In this document: piece by piece, positions 60,840-64,000 of the stretch | How the letters are laid out: each line of letters begins with the position of its first letter | How positions within the stretch are numbered: position 1 is the stretch's first letter | Assembly (NCBI GenBank): GCA_963662945.1 | Contig: OY759974.1 | Span: 128,001-192,000, forward strand | Length of the DNA: 64,000 nt | Source of the DNA: Arcobacteraceae bacterium | GTDB taxonomy: Bacteria > Campylobacterota > Campylobacteria > Campylobacterales > Arcobacteraceae | Direction of reading: 5' to 3' | Translations under genes and position numbers: made by a program | Notes under the pieces: generated by a model | Database searches by the model: none | Told to the model about the DNA's origin: nothing | The model's input: only the letters and a program-made list of their open reading frames with translations

Positions 60840-60909
60840 AAGGTTCCTATTTTATTTTTTGCTAATTTTAGCTAAACTAAACTTTTAAAATTAAAAATAA
60901 GGAAAATAT

Positions 60910-61248
60910 ATGCATATTGACATTACACCCGAAGTAATCGTAACTCAACTAGATTTAGGTCACGGTGATACCACTTTAGACCAAACAAAAACAGCTATTA
61001 ATAATACAAAAGATTTTGATACATTTTCAAAGCATATTATAAGTTTAAATGATAAAATAAAACATATGAATGGATATATAACTCTTTCAAATAGCGCACC
61101 TTACTTCAAAATAAAATGTGATAATATAGAAAGTGATGAGATATTAAAAGAATTTACAGAAGAACTTCAACACTGGAGTGACAAATATAATGTAGAATTA
61201 CAAAAAGTTGATAATAAAGAAGTATACTACATTTTAGGAAGATCATAA
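60910..61248 (+). CDS. Hypothetical protein
   Basis: 112-aa ORF with AAGGA RBS, divergent from dapE. Confidence 0.75.
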   Translation: MHIDITPEVIVTQLDLGHGDTTLDQTKTAINNTKDFDTFSKHIISLNDKIKHMNGYITLSNSAPYFKIKCDNIESDEILKEFTEELQHWSDKYNVELQKVDNKEVYYILGRS

Positions 61249-61257
61249 GATCTTCCT
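61236..61257. terminator. Hairpin between convergent genes
   Basis: AGGAAGATC-ATAA-GATCTTCCT. Confidence 0.45.
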
Positions 61258-61263
61258 CTCTAT

Positions 61264-61797
61264 CTATGATGAGTGATGATACTCATTTTTAAACTTAACA
61301 TATCTTGCGGCATGTTCAAGTAAACTATCTACTTCATCTTGTGTTAAAGTTTTTACAACCTTTGCAGGACTTCCCATAATCAAACTATGAGGAGGAAAAA
61401 CCTTATTCGCTGTTACAAGAGAATGAGCCCCTACGATACTTCCCTCCCCTATAACTGCACCATCTAAAATTGTAGCACTCATACCTATTAAACAACCATT
61501 TTCTATTGTACAACCATGAAGCATAACTTTATGACCAATAGTAACATCATCACCTATAATTGTAGGATGTCCATCTTTCATATCCTCTTGTTTATAATGT
61601 GTCACATGTATCATCGATAAATCTTGAATAGAAGTTCTTTTTCCTATTCGTATTTTATGAACATCGCCTCTAATTACTGTTCCAAACCATACAGAACTGT
61701 CAGATCCTATTTTTACATTTCCAATTACATCTGCACTTGGTGCTATCCAAGCTGACTTACTTATCTTCGGAAACCATTTTTTAAATTTTAATATCAT
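61264..61797 (-). CDS. Gamma carbonic anhydrase family protein (YrdA-like)
   Basis: IRGDV, SIQDLSMIH, VTIGHKVMLHGC, hexapeptide repeats, GSPAK. Confidence 0.92.
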   Translation of the reverse strand: MILKFKKWFPKISKSAWIAPSADVIGNVKIGSDSSVWFGTVIRGDVHKIRIGKRTSIQDLSMIHVTHYKQEDMKDGHPTIIGDDVTIGHKVMLHGCTIENGCLIGMSATILDGAVIGEGSIVGAHSLVTANKVFPPHSLIMGSPAKVVKTLTQDEVDSLLEHAARYVKFKNEYHHSS

Positions 61798-64000
61798 TTT
61801 TTTCTACCTTATATTCTACAATTACCGGCTCACTATAATTTGGCACATTATCATAAGTAAACACCCCATAATATTTTCCAATATTTATATTTCCAAAATC
61901 ATCATAAGTATAATTATCTGGTCCAGCATATAATTTATCTCCATCTAAATGATTTTTAGGAGGATGAAATCTATTTCGTACTACATATACTCCAACAAAA
62001 TCTTTTTCTTTTGGATTTTCCCAAGTTAATTTTACCCTATTTTTATCTATAGTATATGATAAATTTGTAATTTTATTAACAGGTTCTCTTCGTCTTTGTA
62101 TATATTTTACAATTAACTTTACACTATTTTCAACATCTTTGCCATACCAATCTACAATATGATTTTTGATATCAGAAGATGTAGGCTTTATAACAAATTT
62201 TGCTTTTGTATTTTCTTGGTGAACATCTTCTAATGCTAAACGTGAATAGTAATCAAAAATAAACTTATGAGTTTTTTGTTTTTGAAGGTCTGCACGACTT
62301 ACTTCATATCCAATAAATTCTATTCTATCTCTATTTTGTATCTCGTCATAAGTAATATCTTCTAAATCTACAAACTCAACATTATACCTAATATCTTGTG
62401 TTGTTTTTGTTGCTTTTTTATTTTTTATTTGAATATAACTATCTGTGATGACTGTTTCGTTTGGATTTGGTAAAGAATCTAAATCAAACTCAATCACACC
62501 ATATATTTTATTATTATTTGCATCAAAACCACATGCTAGTTTTGAATCATCAATAGTATCAACAGAAACAGAAGCAACTCTTGATGACTCAATTACCACT
62601 TCTGTACTAGGGATTGTGTACTTTATGTCAATTCTTGGTCTATAATGTATTCCTCCACCAAAATTACCATATCCTAAATCAAACATCATCATTTGACTAT
62701 CTCTTCCTATTGGTAGTTTTATAGGTCCTGAAATTTTAAATAATACTTTTTTATTTTGAAGCTGTTTTTGTAATATATCTCTTTCACTACTATTAAAACT
62801 CCAATGACTCCAAATACCTTGTGTTAGCTTTTCAGATGGTATATTTTGCCCCAATGTTTCCAGCGTTATAGCATTATGTATTTGATCAAAATCAGTTAAA
62901 TCAGCCACACTTTGTCTATCAACAAAAGAGATTGACCATTCTCCATATTTTTCTATTTTGGCATTAACCCTATTTAAAGGATAAAGAGAGATTTTAGCAT
63001 CTTTTATGATGGCATTAGAAGGTATATTGTCAAGATTAAATTGTAAAACACCATAACTTATCCCTTTAGTTTCATTTACACCAATAAACAATGAATTGTA
63101 ACCAAAGTGTTTTCTATTTGTTTCAATTAATTTTTGTGCTACATATCCTACTTCACTAGGATTTGGAAAAATAGTTTTACTAAACTCATCTGGTTCAAGT
63201 AATGTTTTAATATTTGTTCGTGGGGAAAAAGGAGATTTAACTCTTGTTAAATTATTCACCGCTCGTATATAATAATAATAGGCACTTCCACTTTGTAATT
63301 GAATATCTGTAAAAGTAGTATTATATGTTTCACAAATTAAATTTGATTCATTACAAGCTTTTTTATCTTCTGTGTTTCTAAAAATTTGAAAATAGATATC
63401 TTTATTTACTTCATAATCCCAACTCAAAGTAACTTCATCTGAAGTATATGATTCTATATGAAAATTTTCAACCCGTTTAGGAGCATATTTTGAATAATTT
63501 TGTGCTTCTCCTAAGGTTCTAAGAAGTGCTGGAATATTTTCATCAATACTTTCTTTCATATTTTGCATAAAATCAGGAATATTTCTTGTTCCAACTTCAA
63601 CTACAGCTGCAACTATTCCTTTACTATAATAATATTCTCGTCCACTCCCACTAATAAGTTTTGTAGGTGGTTTTCCTCTGTGAATACCGTATTGTCTTCC
63701 AGTTACTTTATGAATTTCAAAATTCATATTTGCACAAATTGTATTTAAATCCGTTCCATCAATCTCACTTTCATGATTAAACTTATGTGCTGGAAAAAAT
63801 ACATTTCCTTGACTATGATAATCTAAAGCAATAGTAATATTATCACGAGCATCAACAAAATTTTTCATAGCCATTGTTTCTGGTTCACTAAATGGTGTTG
63901 GTCCACTATATACATTTGATGCTGTGTCGTTTATTTTACGATATCCGACACTAAAGTTTCTATTTAAATCAACTCCAAAAGTCCCATCACCATTATCTCT
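61781..64000 (-). CDS. M14 zinc carboxypeptidase with FN3-like and repeated beta-sandwich domains (5' end outside window)
   Basis: The frame is open to the window end: RDNGDGTFGVDLNRNF...YSGPTPFSEPET...ALDYHSQG, followed by FN3-like (VTLSW...YYYYIRAVN) segments. Confidence 0.85.
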   Translation of the reverse strand, partial: RDNGDGTFGVDLNRNFSVGYRKINDTASNVYSGPTPFSEPETMAMKNFVDARDNITIALDYHSQGNVFFPAHKFNHESEIDGTDLNTICANMNFEIHKVTGRQYGIHRGKPPTKLISGSGREYYYSKGIVAAVVEVGTRNIPDFMQNMKESIDENIPALLRTLGEAQNYSKYAPKRVENFHIESYTSDEVTLSWDYEVNKDIYFQIFRNTEDKKACNESNLICETYNTTFTDIQLQSGSAYYYYIRAVNNLTRVKSPFSPRTNIKTLLEPDEFSKTIFPNPSEVGYVAQKLIETNRKHFGYNSLFIGVNETKGISYGVLQFNLDNIPSNAIIKDAKISLYPLNRVNAKIEKYGEWSISFVDRQSVADLTDFDQIHNAITLETLGQNIPSEKLTQGIWSHWSFNSSERDILQKQLQNKKVLFKISGPIKLPIGRDSQMMMFDLGYGNFGGGIHYRPRIDIKYTIPSTEVVIESSRVASVSVDTIDDSKLACGFDANNNKIYGVIEFDLDSLPNPNETVITDSYIQIKNKKATKTTQDIRYNVEFVDLEDITYDEIQNRDRIEFIGYEVSRADLQKQKTHKFIFDYYSRLALEDVHQENTKAKFVIKPTSSDIKNHIVDWYGKDVENSVKLIVKYIQRRREPVNKITNLSYTIDKNRVKLTWENPKEKDFVGVYVVRNRFHPPKNHLDGDKLYAGPDNYTYDDFGNINIGKYYGVFTYDNVPNYSEPVIVEYKVEKNDIKI

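Overview
AT-rich chromosomal window from a Campylobacterota bacterium; gene content and order suggest Arcobacteraceae (inference). Most of it is core genome: ilvB/ilvI 5' end, a cheY-cheA-cheR-cheD-cheB-GGDEF-pssA run, pnp-PRTase-lptD-RDD-purD, a 6S RNA missing from the ORF track, tandem ppk2 genes, uup, glcF-like, lgt, polA, secretin, carB, glnD, trpF, rpe, dapD, trpC, tRNA-Leu(CAA), dapE, a gamma-carbonic anhydrase and an M14 peptidase. There are two accessory regions. The first is a ~2.5 kb decayed defence islet (33.5-36.0 kb) with a type IIG RM remnant, a putative Abi protein, a DUF2513-like protein, a truncated DinD and a RelE/ParE TA pair. The second is an apparently intact 8.7 kb integrative element in the 3' end of tRNA-Leu, bounded by an 18-bp direct repeat (50346-50363 / 59065-59082). 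It carries an integrase with arm-type sites, a TA pair, two different iteron-like arrays, an excisionase-like HTH, a DnaB-N::DUF3987 replication protein with no recognisable primase of its own, a second Xer-like recombinase and an orphan adenine methylase. It also has a predicted ~68-nt sRNA whose 5' end matches a site inside repeat array 1. Other oddities are a PPK2 with an integrase-arm-like N-terminal domain, a DnaT-like gene pair next to trpC and a LapG-like protein lacking its catalytic residues. All family calls come from motif recognition by eye; no searches were run.
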